Part shown: positions 1 through 11,309 of the stretch, piece by piece
How the letters are laid out: every line of letters begins with the position of its first letter
Numbering within the stretch: position 1 is the stretch's first letter
DNA from: Selaginella moellendorffii
Taxonomy: Eukaryota; Plantae; Lycopodiophyta
NCBI RefSeq assembly: GCF_000143415.4
Contig: NW_003314376.1
Location: forward strand, 467,271 to 531,270
Reading direction: 5' to 3'
Length of the DNA: 64,000 nucleotides
Notes under the pieces: generated by a model
Told to the model about the DNA's origin: nothing
The model's database searches: none
The model's input: only the letters and a program-made list of their open reading frames with translations
Program-made: the position numbers and the translations under genes

Positions 1-303
1 GCAGTGACAGATCTTTGAGTCAAGATGACAATTAACTTCTGTGTGGACAATGTGAATTTATCCAGAAAGACACTGGAAGTTGTATAACTCCACGTGCTGG
101 TAGTACTAGCAGAATCTGAAATCCTATTGGTCAGGCTGTTTAATTGTCGATTTAATCTCACAGGCGGTCGTCGCGGACGGCTCTGAAACTAGTGATCAGA
201 GCGAGCCAGGAAGAAAGTATCCCCTGGTTCGTCATCAGTATAGGAAGCAAAAGAAATCTGTTCCCTTAGTTAGCTACTGCTCCTGTACTTGTACTGCTCG
301 ATC

Positions 304-2870
304 ATGCCTCGCGTCAATCCTGTTAGATCGTCCAGGGTAGCACCTGCATGCATCTGGCATTGACGCGCCGCCGCAACCCAATCGCCGCCGCCCGTCGGCC
401 CATATGCATCGCATCAAGTCGAATGAGTTGCTGGAGGTACTTGCAAAGGGATTCCGGATTGATCCAGATTCTTTGATCTGCGACGCGCCCACGGCCCCGG
501 ATCAATCGCACTATCAAGAACGTGCGACGCGGGCCTTCGGCACGCAAGGGCAAATCTTCAGCTTCTCCATGGACGGCACCCAAGCTGATCCCGCGCCCAT
601 GGATTGAGTTGACCATCCAGAGCTACCCGCAGCAGCTGATGATCCGGCCGCATTGACATTGCCCCCGATAGCTTCAGCAGCGTCGTGGGCGCTAAGAACA
701 AAGCGACGTCGTCTGGCACCGCCATCACCAGCGATGGCAGCGCAAAGCCCTGAATTTACAGATGCGTCTTCACCATCGGCTTGTATCCAAGAATCAAGAT
801 GAGGAACCGAGGAGCTCGGGCTCTTCAAGCGATGGTGAGCGATGGTGATCATCCAATGATCGCCGTGGAGACCACTCGGTCTAAGACGAAGCGACCTCCA
901 AGTGGCAGATCGAGCTCCAACATCATCAAAAGTTCTAGTTGTCCAGGCAAGAAGAAACGAGCAGGAAGAGGAAGCCAGATACACTAAAAAGACACGTTGG
1001 AATCTCGTTCTATAAGCGAATCCAGCGGTGTGAGATTAACCTTTTCTTCAAAAGGAAGATTTTAGATTTGTCACCGTTTTCTTGGTGATGGAAAACAAGC
1101 AAATATATGCAGCACCGAGGAAGCCGGAGCCAGGTTAGTTTGCTATTCTTTTTTTTTTCTTTTTCTTTTCTAAAATGTTTATCCTGTGTAGGATCTATGA
1201 CTGAGATTATATCAAGTTCCGTGGCCAAAACTGCCCAAACTTCCCCTACTCGGACTACACTGATAAGATCCCCCATATAAACATTTCCACCAAAATTCTT
1301 TGGAAAGATCTAACACTTCCATTTTCTTTGCAGTGGCTCAATCTGTCTGACAAAGTACATGCTACGTAACATGAGTCCCGGCGAGTCATTCCTCTGGTTT
1401 ACACCCGAACTTCTTGGAGATGACGCTGGCTCTCCATGCACGAGGCAGACTTGGCCTCGAGGTTCAAACTTCTATCGTCTCAAAAGGTCAGAAAGTCTTT
1501 TGAAGGTAACTAGTAAGCCTTATCCCTCTAAACCTGACCATCTAGGATGTGAAATACAACGTTGCCTGATCTGAAGGCAACAATATAATCCAGAGCCAAC
1601 ACTCAAGCTTTTAATTCCAACACTCTGGTTTTTATGTCTTTTCTCTGCTGGTTTGCTTCGAGTGTCTCTTGTCAAGATGGCGCTTCGGGACCAGCTAGTG
1701 CCGTGGAATTAAAGTTCCAGGCTTACGGCGAGGAGGCCACGCTCGGGTGCTGATTGCGGCCCAGTATGGCGTCACCGTGTCGCCCCGACCCGCGACGAGA
1801 TCGAGGAGTTCGTCGTGGGAGTGGAGGAGAAGGATGACAGCAGCAAGCGTTTTGTAGACAAGTAAGCACGCTCCCCCTTTTCTGTTGCCTGGCTGCCGCT
1901 CTTACTTGGTTTGTTTCTCTGGTGCTTACTTGGTTTTTTTCTGTTTACGTGTTCGGTTGTGCTTGACGTGCGTGCTTGCTCTCCGCAACGCAGGTACAAT
2001 TTTGATGTTTTCAACGACGTTCCCCTGTCTGGTCGTTTCGAATGGGTACAGTTCCACCCTCGTTGCTCCTAAATTATTCGGACGCTACTCGCTACGATGC
2101 GCTGCTGCAAGAAGAAAACTGGAGAAAAGGAAAGAGCAGGAAAAAAAAACCGTCTTGTTAGACTAGAGAGAGAGAGAGAGCTCCTAGAGAAGACCATGCA
2201 TTGACACAGTCATGTAACAGACTAATGCCATCATGATATATAGAAAAAAGATGAGAAGTAAGGCAAGCAAGAAAAAGAGATGTCATACTCATACCTTCAT
2301 CCACCTTTGAGCCAGTTGATTCTTTGCCATCATTGTTTTGTTTTTCTTTTCCTCTGGACTCTCATACGATTCGACTCGGTGAGTCTTTCATTATACGTTC
2401 CAAGAGATGAACTTCGATATTTCGCTTGCTTGTTTTGTTTTTGTTTTGCATTTCCAGGGTCATGTAAGACACAAGAGGAGGTCAAGAAAAACTCAAACCT
2501 CACTCGCTAATTACTAAGAATCTAACACATTGTTTCAACAGGACCTATGACAGAGCAGTCATTAGATTCTTTGGCAAGGCTAAAGCAGACATGCCTCAGG
2601 TGATTTGTTTGTATTTCCTGATTGAGATACTGAGACGATATTGCAGTGGATCACTTTTAGCAAGGTAGATTTTATTTCCTACATACGCAGTCGAGCAGGA
2701 AAAGGAAGTTCAAAGTACATACAGCTCCAAGAGCTGTATACGATAGGAAGGTGAAGGAGAGGAGGATTGATGATTGTGTGGTAAACGAAGCAATGCCACA
2801 CTGCATAGATGAGAAGACGATCGGTGACTGTATAGTAAACGAAAGGATGCCACACGAAATAACTTGAAGC
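304..2870 (+). pseudogene. Decayed copy A of the double-AP2 gene, interrupted by a KRP fragment
   Basis: Colinear with 26404-28401: atgcctcgcgtcaatcc at 304, atcaagttccgtggccaaaactgcccaaac at ~1210, atgctacgtaacatgagt at ~1359, aggaagttcaaagtacatacagctc at ~2700. Many deletions, frameshifts and a lost splice donor. Confidence 0.9.
1713..2072 (+). pseudogene. KRP: 3' fragment (last two exons) of an ICK/KRP cyclin-dependent kinase inhibitor gene
   Basis: Splicing 1713-1861 to 1994-2072 (GT..AG) gives PTRDEIEEFVVGVEEKDDSSKRFVDK/YNFDVFNDVPLSGRFEWVQFHPRCS*. This matches the KRP C-terminal consensus (EEFF...F.EKYNFD...D.PL.GR[YF]EW). In-frame TAA at 1710 and no 5' exons. Confidence 0.85.
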
Positions 2871-5800
2871 ATATAAGAGGAATGGGGTGCAATGGATGAG
2901 TCGAATTTGAAGACATTTAGCATGCCAAACTCTCATATGTCATTGTCTATGAATAAATCCTCAAAATTAGCATGAGAACAAAGAGAGTATATGCCACTTC
3001 AGTATACAAGTATCCTTAAAACATAATCACACTCTTGACCTAAGAATACATACTTCTTCAAGCTTCTCATCAGCAGATTTGAGTGTCGACTGTAAAGCAG
3101 CTGTGAAGAAGGGTGTTCAGCTGCAGAAACTGGATCACTCTGCCTCGCAAACCCGGTGAGATGAAGCAGTGAGACACTGTCATTGGGTTCACGCCGAAGG
3201 CTTGGCAATCGTACAGTACATAATATAGCATTCATGGCTTTGTTTGTGCATAACATTTGTGGATTTGCTTTTACATCTACAGTGAATTTCTAACCCTTTG
3301 GCTCTATTGTGCAATCTAGATTTGGACTTGCTCACAAATCCTAGGAAGTATCATGTTTGTCGGTACAATTGAGTTTTTTAGTTTGGAAGTATGTGTCATG
3401 AATTGCAGAACTTTTTCTATCGATTGTTTTGTCTGTTTATGGTGTTGGATAACTGATTAAGTTAGTTGCGTGCTGAGAAATAATCTTGCTTAAACCATAT
3501 AGCTTGGTCTATAACTACATGTTCTTTGTTGTAGGTTGTTTATTCTTGCAATGAACGTCTCGGCAATAGTTGCTGTAGTAGAGTTTGTCTACTCAAGTCC
3601 CGTCCTCAAAGCAAAGGCATTTCTAACGTCCAGAATTTATAATTTTGTTTTTTCTTCCATAAGATAACAGAAGGCCATAACTGAACTGCTAATCCGGCCA
3701 CCAGCCTCTCATTCTTACAGTACTCGACAACGCACTTTTCAAAGAGATCTGGCCCGAGCAGCAGGACAAAGCTCTGGACGATCTAAACACCTGTGTCCCA
3801 GTCCACTACTTCAACAACAGAGAAGTCAGTGAGTATGCTGAGCATTGACTCCACCTCAACAAGGAGGCACTTTTGGCAACGAGTTCATGGGAAAGGGATG
3901 ACCATAGGCTTCTCAAGTTGCTACCTATCCCAGAGCAGCTTTCTAAGCTCGCTATTTGCCAGGCAAAAGGGGATCAAATCTTTTTCATTTCCATGTTTCA
4001 TTTTAGCATGTACAGTCCATTTCCAGCAAACTTTTGATTGAGAAAGCTCTACAGCGACCTCGACTTGCTGCTGCTGGCCATGATCAAGGAGTGCCAAGAT
4101 CTAGCGAGAAACAATAGAGGCCAGACCCATGACTTACTGGGGCTGGAAACTCTTCTTTCGACGATTGGTCCGTGATGGAGGAGTGCAAGACCACCTACGT
4201 TGCTGGCCACAAGATGATGGCAACTCCCCTCACCTGGTCCGTGATGGTTTTGCATATTGCTTTCAAGTTCAAGATTTGTTTTTCCTGGCTAGATCAACAT
4301 AATTATGGCTTTGGAGCTGTTTGAGAGGATGAGCTATGGACAATATAGCTAGAACAATAGGGTTCTATGTCAAGAAGCATATTGTGCAATTCCTAGAAAG
4401 GATTAAACAGACTCTGGCATACATGATAAAATGCTATCAATGTATGAAAAGTGTAAAGACAGAACTCGCCCACCAGCTCTGAATATCTTGAACCAATCGG
4501 GAGTGATTGCGCCACTGCATCCTTGATAAAAAAAAAAAAAAACAGTCTTCAAATTAGAAAGGTGAATGTGTGCCACTTACTTAACAGTAGCAGCCAGCTC
4601 CAGCGAAGGAAATGGGCACTTGTCAAGCTCGTAACCACACAAGGAACCGACTCTTAGACTGCAAAAATCCCCAAATCTTCTGTTAGCGAGCTGAGAACTG
4701 GAGGATTCGGGCTGGAGAAGTCGGCCTTACATCCTCCACCGCTGCTACACAACTGCCGTAGCTCAACGACAAACCCCAATATATATATAATTCATGTTTT
4801 GTGCACGGTGAGACTATTTACTCCCGCATGCTAGGTGAGACTATGCTGTGCCAACTATAAGAAGAGGCTGTCGTCGGCACCGAGCTCTGTGTCGCCCCTG
4901 AGGATTCCGTCCGAAGGGCGCCATATACCATTTTGAGCATACGAGTTTTGTCAAAATGTTACTCCAAATGTGACTATTGAGAAGCAAGAATTTTTTAGAG
5001 AGATTATATTTCTACTTACAAACGAATTTGATTAGAGATATACAGCAAAGTGATTGATTTTCACAAGAGGAACGGATACAACAGGAGTGAGAACCATCAC
5101 ATTAGAAGAGATGCAGCACTCAAAGTCAATTGCAGAACTTATTCTAGAATTCTTCTCCGAGGCCTCATTTTCGATGCAAGTAGATGCCATCGTAGAATTC
5201 TTCATACCTATTTTCAACCTCTGAAAAACATGGCTCTTGCAAGTCTAACATTATATACTCTGGTGGTAAACAAGGTCTCTCCATAGCAGAATTTTAACAA
5301 ACAGGATGGATTGATAACTGATCTACCTGAAACAAAGTGTTGTCTCTCATAGTATGTCTATGAGCAAGCTTATATTTTAATGCAAGTAGCTGGCATAGTA
5401 AAATTCTTAATTTTGAGTTAGATTAAGCTCCCTTAGTTGTGTGTGTTGCTTACCTAATTAAACAACTCAAAAGTTTGTGTGTTTTGGAGACGGTAACTAC
5501 GATGGAGATCTGGTGAGGAGGAGCTTCTGCAGTGATCCGATCTTCGCACTGTGATGTTCGTCTGTTCGCTGAGGTTAGAGCCTCGCTGCGCTACCGTGAT
5601 TAAACAACTCTGAAGTTTGTGTGCTTGGACACCTTGGACGGAACAGATATGAAAGGTTGAGAATGATTACAACATTAAATTAGAAGAGAAGCAGCAATTG
5701 TGGAACTTATCTTCTCAGGCAACATGAAGAGTATAAGTTAATCATCTTGCATAAAGAAAGAAATAATGAGGGAGCAAGATGATAAACTTACACTCTTTGG

Positions 5801-6448
5801 AGAAGAAAAGTTATACAATTGTTAATCATACTCAACTTCTTTATCTTCTCCTTTTATAATAATCTACTTGGTGACCCAAGACAAAATTAACTGTCAATCT
5901 GTGACAGAACACTAAGGCCAGTACTAAACACTAGTGGTGTCTCCCCGAGCTCACATTCTATTTGTCATACATTCCAGTGGCACTGAAAGCCATGGTGCGT
6001 ATGTTTTAATGGGAGTGTACGTCAAAGGCCCCGATGGTGAAACGAGAGTGCTGAAAAACATGACCTCTCTATCAGAGCCAGGAAAAAAATATCCCGTGGT
6101 CGTTTCCTGTATAAGAGTCTTGCACCTGTGAGAGTGAGAGAGATCTGTAGCTCGCTCGAGAACAAAATTGAGAGAGAACGAAAGAGAGTGAGAGATGGTC
6201 TTCTTCTTCACTTTCTTTCCGGCGGCTTTCCTGATTTGCTTTGCTTTGATCCTTCGCCCTAGCTAGAACTTTGGCGTGGTGTGCGCAAGCTCGTGTTTCC
6301 AGTATAGGAAGGAAAAAAAATCTCTTATACAGTGGGCTTTAGTTCCTTCTCTTTTCGACTTGTGGTTCGTGGCCCCGTTTCCAGTACATGAAATCTCTTA
6401 TAAGTTCCTTGGTTTCTCTGGTTCTCTTTCGTCTTGTTTTGGTCGATC

Positions 6449-8045
6449 ATGCCTCGCGTCAATAATTCTGTTAGATCGTCCAGGGTAGCACCTGCACCTG
6501 CACCTGCCTCTGGCATTGCGGTGCCGCCGTACCCAATCGCCGCCGCCCGTTGGCCCATATCCATCACATCGAGTCGAATGAGTTGCTCGCTATGGAGGTA
6601 CTTGCGAAGGGAGTCCGGATTGATCCGGATTCTAGTGAGCGCCCACGGCCCCGAATCAAGAACACACTATCAAGAACATGCGGCGTGGGTGTTCGGTGTG
6701 CAAGGGTAAACCTTCAGCTTCTCCAAGGTCGGAACCAGCTCGCCACCAAGCTCTGGTCTTTCCAGCAGATCCCGCACCCATGGATGAAGTTGACCATACA
6801 GTGCTAGCCGCCGACGTGCGCACGGAGATACACTAAAAAGACGTTGGAGTCTCGTTCTACAAGCGAATCCAGCGGTGGGAGATTCACCTTTGGTGAGTAT
6901 GTTCTTCAAAAGAAGATTTTAGATTTGTCACGCTGATTTTCTCGTTTTCTTGGTGATCAGGGGAAACAAGCAAATGTATGTTGGTTCATGCAGCACTGAG
7001 CCAGGTTAATTTGTTTATCTTCTTCTTTTTCTATCTTTATAAGATGTTTAATGACAGTGACCGAGCTTACATCAAGTTCCGTGGCCAAAACTGCCAAAAC
7101 TTGGACGAGATCCCCCACGTACGATCATATTAACATTTCCATCAAAGTGATCTAACACTTGGGTGTTTTCTGCAGTGGATCAATCTGTCTGACAAAGAAT
7201 TCATCTTCATGCTACGTAACATGAATCGCGGTGAGTCATTGCTCTGATTTACACCCGAACTTCTTGGAGGTGACGCTGGCTCTCCATGCACGACGGAGAC
7301 TCTGCCTCGAGCATCAATCTATCGCGGAGTCTACCGTCTCAAAAAGTCAGAAAGTCAAGAATTCTCTTGGGCACGTAAGTAACCCTTATCCCTCTAAACC
7401 TGACCATGTAACTACCTGGATGTGAGACACAACGTTGCCTGGATTTCACTTTTCAAAGCCAACGCAAGCTTTCGATTCTAACACTTTGTTTTTCATATTT
7501 GGTGTAGGCTGGACTCTCGTACATTTCGACTGGGTGAGTCTTTCATTATATGTTCCAAGAGCTGAAGTTTGATATTTCGTTTTTGTTTGATTGTTTTTGT
7601 TTTGCATTTCCAGGGTCATGTAAGACACAAGAGGAGGCAGCAAGGTTCAAGAAAAACTCAAACCTCACTCGCTAATTATTAAGAATCTAAAACACAAGAG
7701 CTATGACTGAGCGGTCATTAAATTCTTTGGGAAGGCTAAAGCACTCAACTTCGCATATGAAGACTACATGGATGAGATGCCTTAGGTGATTTTTTTTGCA
7801 TGTCCTGATTGAGAAACTAAAACGATATTACAGTGGATCACTTTGAGCAAGGAAGATTTTATTTCCTACATACTGCACACTTGAGCAAGAAAAGGAAGGT
7901 AAAGGTACATACAGCTCAAAGAGCTGTATACCATAGGAAGGTGAAAGAGAGAAGGATTAATGATTGTGTGGTAAACGAAGCAATGCCACACTACATAGAT
8001 GAGAAGAGGATCGGTGATTCTGTGGTGAATGAAGGTTGGGCTTAA
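6449..8045 (+). pseudogene. Decayed copy B of the double-AP2 gene
   Basis: Colinear with 26404-28401, including upstream homology (~6070-6440 vs ~26260-26400). Large exon-1 deletion; premature stops (tatgactga ~7705, atgccttag ~7778). Confidence 0.9.
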
Positions 8046-8639
8046 GGAAGTACCAAGCATATTAGAGGAATGAACGCTGTAGGAGTTTAATTTGGAGAAA
8101 GACACTTTGGAAAGACACGTAGACTGCCAAACTCTCATATGTCATTGTCCATGAATAAATCCTAGCATGAGAAGTCTACAAGAAGCGGCTATGTCACAAA
8201 GAGAGGGATGCTTGACGCCCAAGAATACATCCGCGTAGACTTCAACACTTGCAGCATTTTGCAGCGACGATGTTAAACCATTGAACTTGTGGCTTGGAAA
8301 TCTGCGTAGTACTCAACGTGTCTCTCGAGATGTGGTTGATGATATGATCTGACTCTCTCTTTTTTCTTTCTACCAGGTGTATACGCTGCTTGTTCCACGT
8401 GGGAACTCCCGGTAGCATGTTAACTATCCTCTTCTCACGCAAAGATTCCAAACTAAATTTACGACTTTTTCCAGAGTTCTTCAGGTAAAGGTGTTCCCAT
8501 TTTCCTGGACCAGCTTTTTGATGGTTACAGGAAATGGTGTTTGAAAGTGGTTCTCCAGCCCGAGCCAAGCAGAAAGAATCGTCTAATGAGAGTTCCAGAA
8601 AAAAAACGGCTTGGCTGCCATAAGAGAGCCTTGTACAGG

Positions 8640-9175
8640 AGGAACTCCTTTTTGACGAACCGATCTTTGTATCTGTGCTTACACTTTCAGTTCAGACGCT
8701 GGCTACTCTGAATTTTCAGATTTGTCCCAAAACCAGCAGTATGGACGCGGGATCTCGTCACCATCATAACTTTCGTTAAGTCTGGTCGTTTTTGAAGCCA
8801 GCGACAAGATCACGGAGCTCGCGTTTCCTCCCTTCCAATCGAATCACACCCCGGGGGTCTTCACCATATCGCTCAGTCGCACTTTCTATGACATGAATAA
8901 ATCCCAAGTTTGCGACTTTGGTCTCCATGAATCCCAGACTTCGATCTTGTGTTCTTCCCTCACACCAGAACTAATGCTGCAATGGCTGGGAGTTAGCTCT
9001 AGGATGCGATGAGCGGCTCGTTTTCCAACGTGCAGATTGTTGGATTCGAGCACACCGTCCTCCACAACGCCAATTCCGGCTGGAACGGCATACATCCTCG
9101 GCCTCCTCAAGCGGCTGAGCATATCTGAGATCACTATATTTTGCTCGAAAGTTGGCCGCTTGCCAACGTGGTGCT
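8640..9175 (-). pseudogene. Inverted decayed copy of the PPR-A 3' end (E domain) plus adjoining PPR-B relic
   Basis: ORF 8886-9308 contains RPTFEQNIVISDMLSR and HVGKRAAHRILELTPS, matching the PPR-A C-terminus. 8640-8900 is the reverse complement of ~14080-14330. Confidence 0.85.
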
Positions 9176-9199
9176 GGCTGTACTCATGCCCAAATTTGA

Positions 9200-10620
9200 G
9201 AATCAGCCAATTAATGTGCATTCTTACATGAAAGAACCCAGTGGAATCATTTGCCTTGCACTTGCCCAAATCCACTGGAGAGGAAAAATGTTTGGGTCCA
9301 GTGTACAAAGAATGATGTCACTTTTGCTGTATTGGCTCTAGTTTTACCTTTCCTATTAGATATGACCCCAAGGATCAGATTTATGCCCATATGCTCCATT
9401 TAAGTTCAAGAATATCTCCATAATCGTATAGCCTTTTTGCCTAGAATGGGCTTAAAAGGATGACTAAGTTAAGTTTAGTCAATTGGTGGAGCAGTGGCGC
9501 AGAGGGCTTGAGGGTGGCTGGGTGGTGATCTGCTTTGTATCAATGTGGTAATTCTTCCTTAAGTTCTAATATTAGAGGATTGAGTTTGAGAATTTGCGAG
9601 TTTGTTGCTATGGATTCTACAGGGCAAGCTGCTAATCAATCATTTACGGAGGCTTGGACAATAGATAAGGTAGTACTAGAATTCTTCAACAACAATATCA
9701 AGGTTGACATGCCTTTGGCAGACATGTATAGATGCATTAAGAAGATGGGAGAATTCTTGAGATGGCTAGAGTTGTATCACAAATCAAGCTTAGATTCCTG
9801 AGTATATGGCACTGATGTCCCTGTAAATGAGGCATTCAGCTAGCTACAGAAGACTTTTGTAATTGATCTAGGTTCAAAAATTGTTAGAAGAGGATATTGA
9901 TCCTTGTGGAGGTGGTGCTTAGTGGACTTGCCTTTTGAACTAACACACCACTGTTGGCAAGGGACTTTTAGCGTCATAAAATGAATTTGAGTTTAAGTAG
10001 GAATTTGCTATGATGCTTCTCATGCATAATGTAATCTTCACTACTTGAAGCAAGACAATTTAAGCCTGGAAAAGTATATTGAGAAGTTTGGGATGTTGTT
10101 GAGTAATGTGCCCAATGATTATACTAAGGGTTTGAGAAGTTTGGAATGTTATTGAATCATGTACCCAATAATTATACTGAGGAGCTCAGAAAGATCACTT
10201 TGTGGACAGCTTGCACAACAATGGGATGTGAGATCATTTGAAAACTTAACAAAGTCTTTAGAATGTTTTTTGAACAAACTTAGAACATAGTGGATAAGGG
10301 TGATACACATCCTTAGGACAAGGGTGCCAAACATGGGAGGAGCCCCTCCTGAGACGAGACTAGTGGCGGCAGTGAAAGGTAAATTCATTTGAAGTCTTGT
10401 GTGGAAAGTGGTGGTGGCAATAGTGGTCAAGGCAATGGAAAGAAGCCTTGGATTACCAAGCAAATGTATAACTATTGGAGTTTGCCTCAATTTGGTGCCG
10501 CTCTTGCACAAGAGTAGTGAGCACGAAATAGATGATTGACCATCCAGCAGCCAACAACACATGGATGGACGACCACACCCACACGGCACAAGTGTGGTGA
10601 GGAAGGTCATTGGAAGGTAG
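9200..10620. mobile_element. Unrelated insertion, probably a degenerate retroelement
   Basis: Interrupts the AP2/PPR homology on both sides; stop-riddled ORF remnants; no diagnostic domain recognised. Confidence 0.35.
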
Positions 10621-10639
10621 ATTGTCCTAGAATAAACCT

Positions 10640-11140
10640 TCAATTCTAACATTGTGGTTTTCATCTTTGGTGCAGGCTGGACTCTCGTACAGTTTGACTG
10701 GGTGAGTCGTTCATTATTTATTCCAAGAGCTGAACTTTGATATTTCATTTTTGTTTGTTTTGTTTTTGTTTTGCATTTCATTTGGGGTGATATATGACAG
10801 AAGACATTATTTCGACAGGAGCTATGATCCAGTGGTGATCAGATTCTTCAGCAATGCTAAAGCACTCGACTTTGCATATGAAGACTACACCGATGAGATA
10901 CCACAGGTTCTTTTGTTTGCATGTCCTGATCGAGAAACTAAGACGATTTTACAGTGGACCACTTTGAGCAAGGAAGAGTTTATTTCGTAGATACAGAATT
11001 CTGCACAGTCGAGCAAGAAAAGGAAGTTCGAGGTACATACAGCTCTAAAAGCTGTATACGATAGGAAGGTGAAGAAGTGGAGGATTACTGATTGTGTGGT
11101 AAACGAAGCAATGCCACACTATATTGGTGAAGAGGATATA
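10640..11140 (+). pseudogene. Copy C: 3' half (second AP2 domain and tail) of the AP2 gene
   Basis: SYDPVVIRFFSNAKALDFAYEDYTDEIPQ and WTTLSKEEFIS*; the 26-nt microexon is retained, the 31-nt exon is damaged and the 5' half is missing. Confidence 0.85.
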
Positions 11141-11309
11141 GTGAACGCTGTGCAATGGACGAGTTGAATTTGGACACACTAGCTCCCATTTTCCTGGACC
11201 AGCTTTTCGATGGCTTACAGGAAATGGTGCTTGCAAGAGCCCGAGCCAAGCCAATAAGGAAGAAAGAGTTCCACCAAAAAAATTAAAATAGAGGGCATTC
11301 TCTGTGTGA

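Noticed and set aside
3000-5900. Possible relic of another spliced gene (TPR-like QDKALDDLNT at ~3765)
   Set aside because: Too fragmentary to assign; no consistent exon chain could be built.
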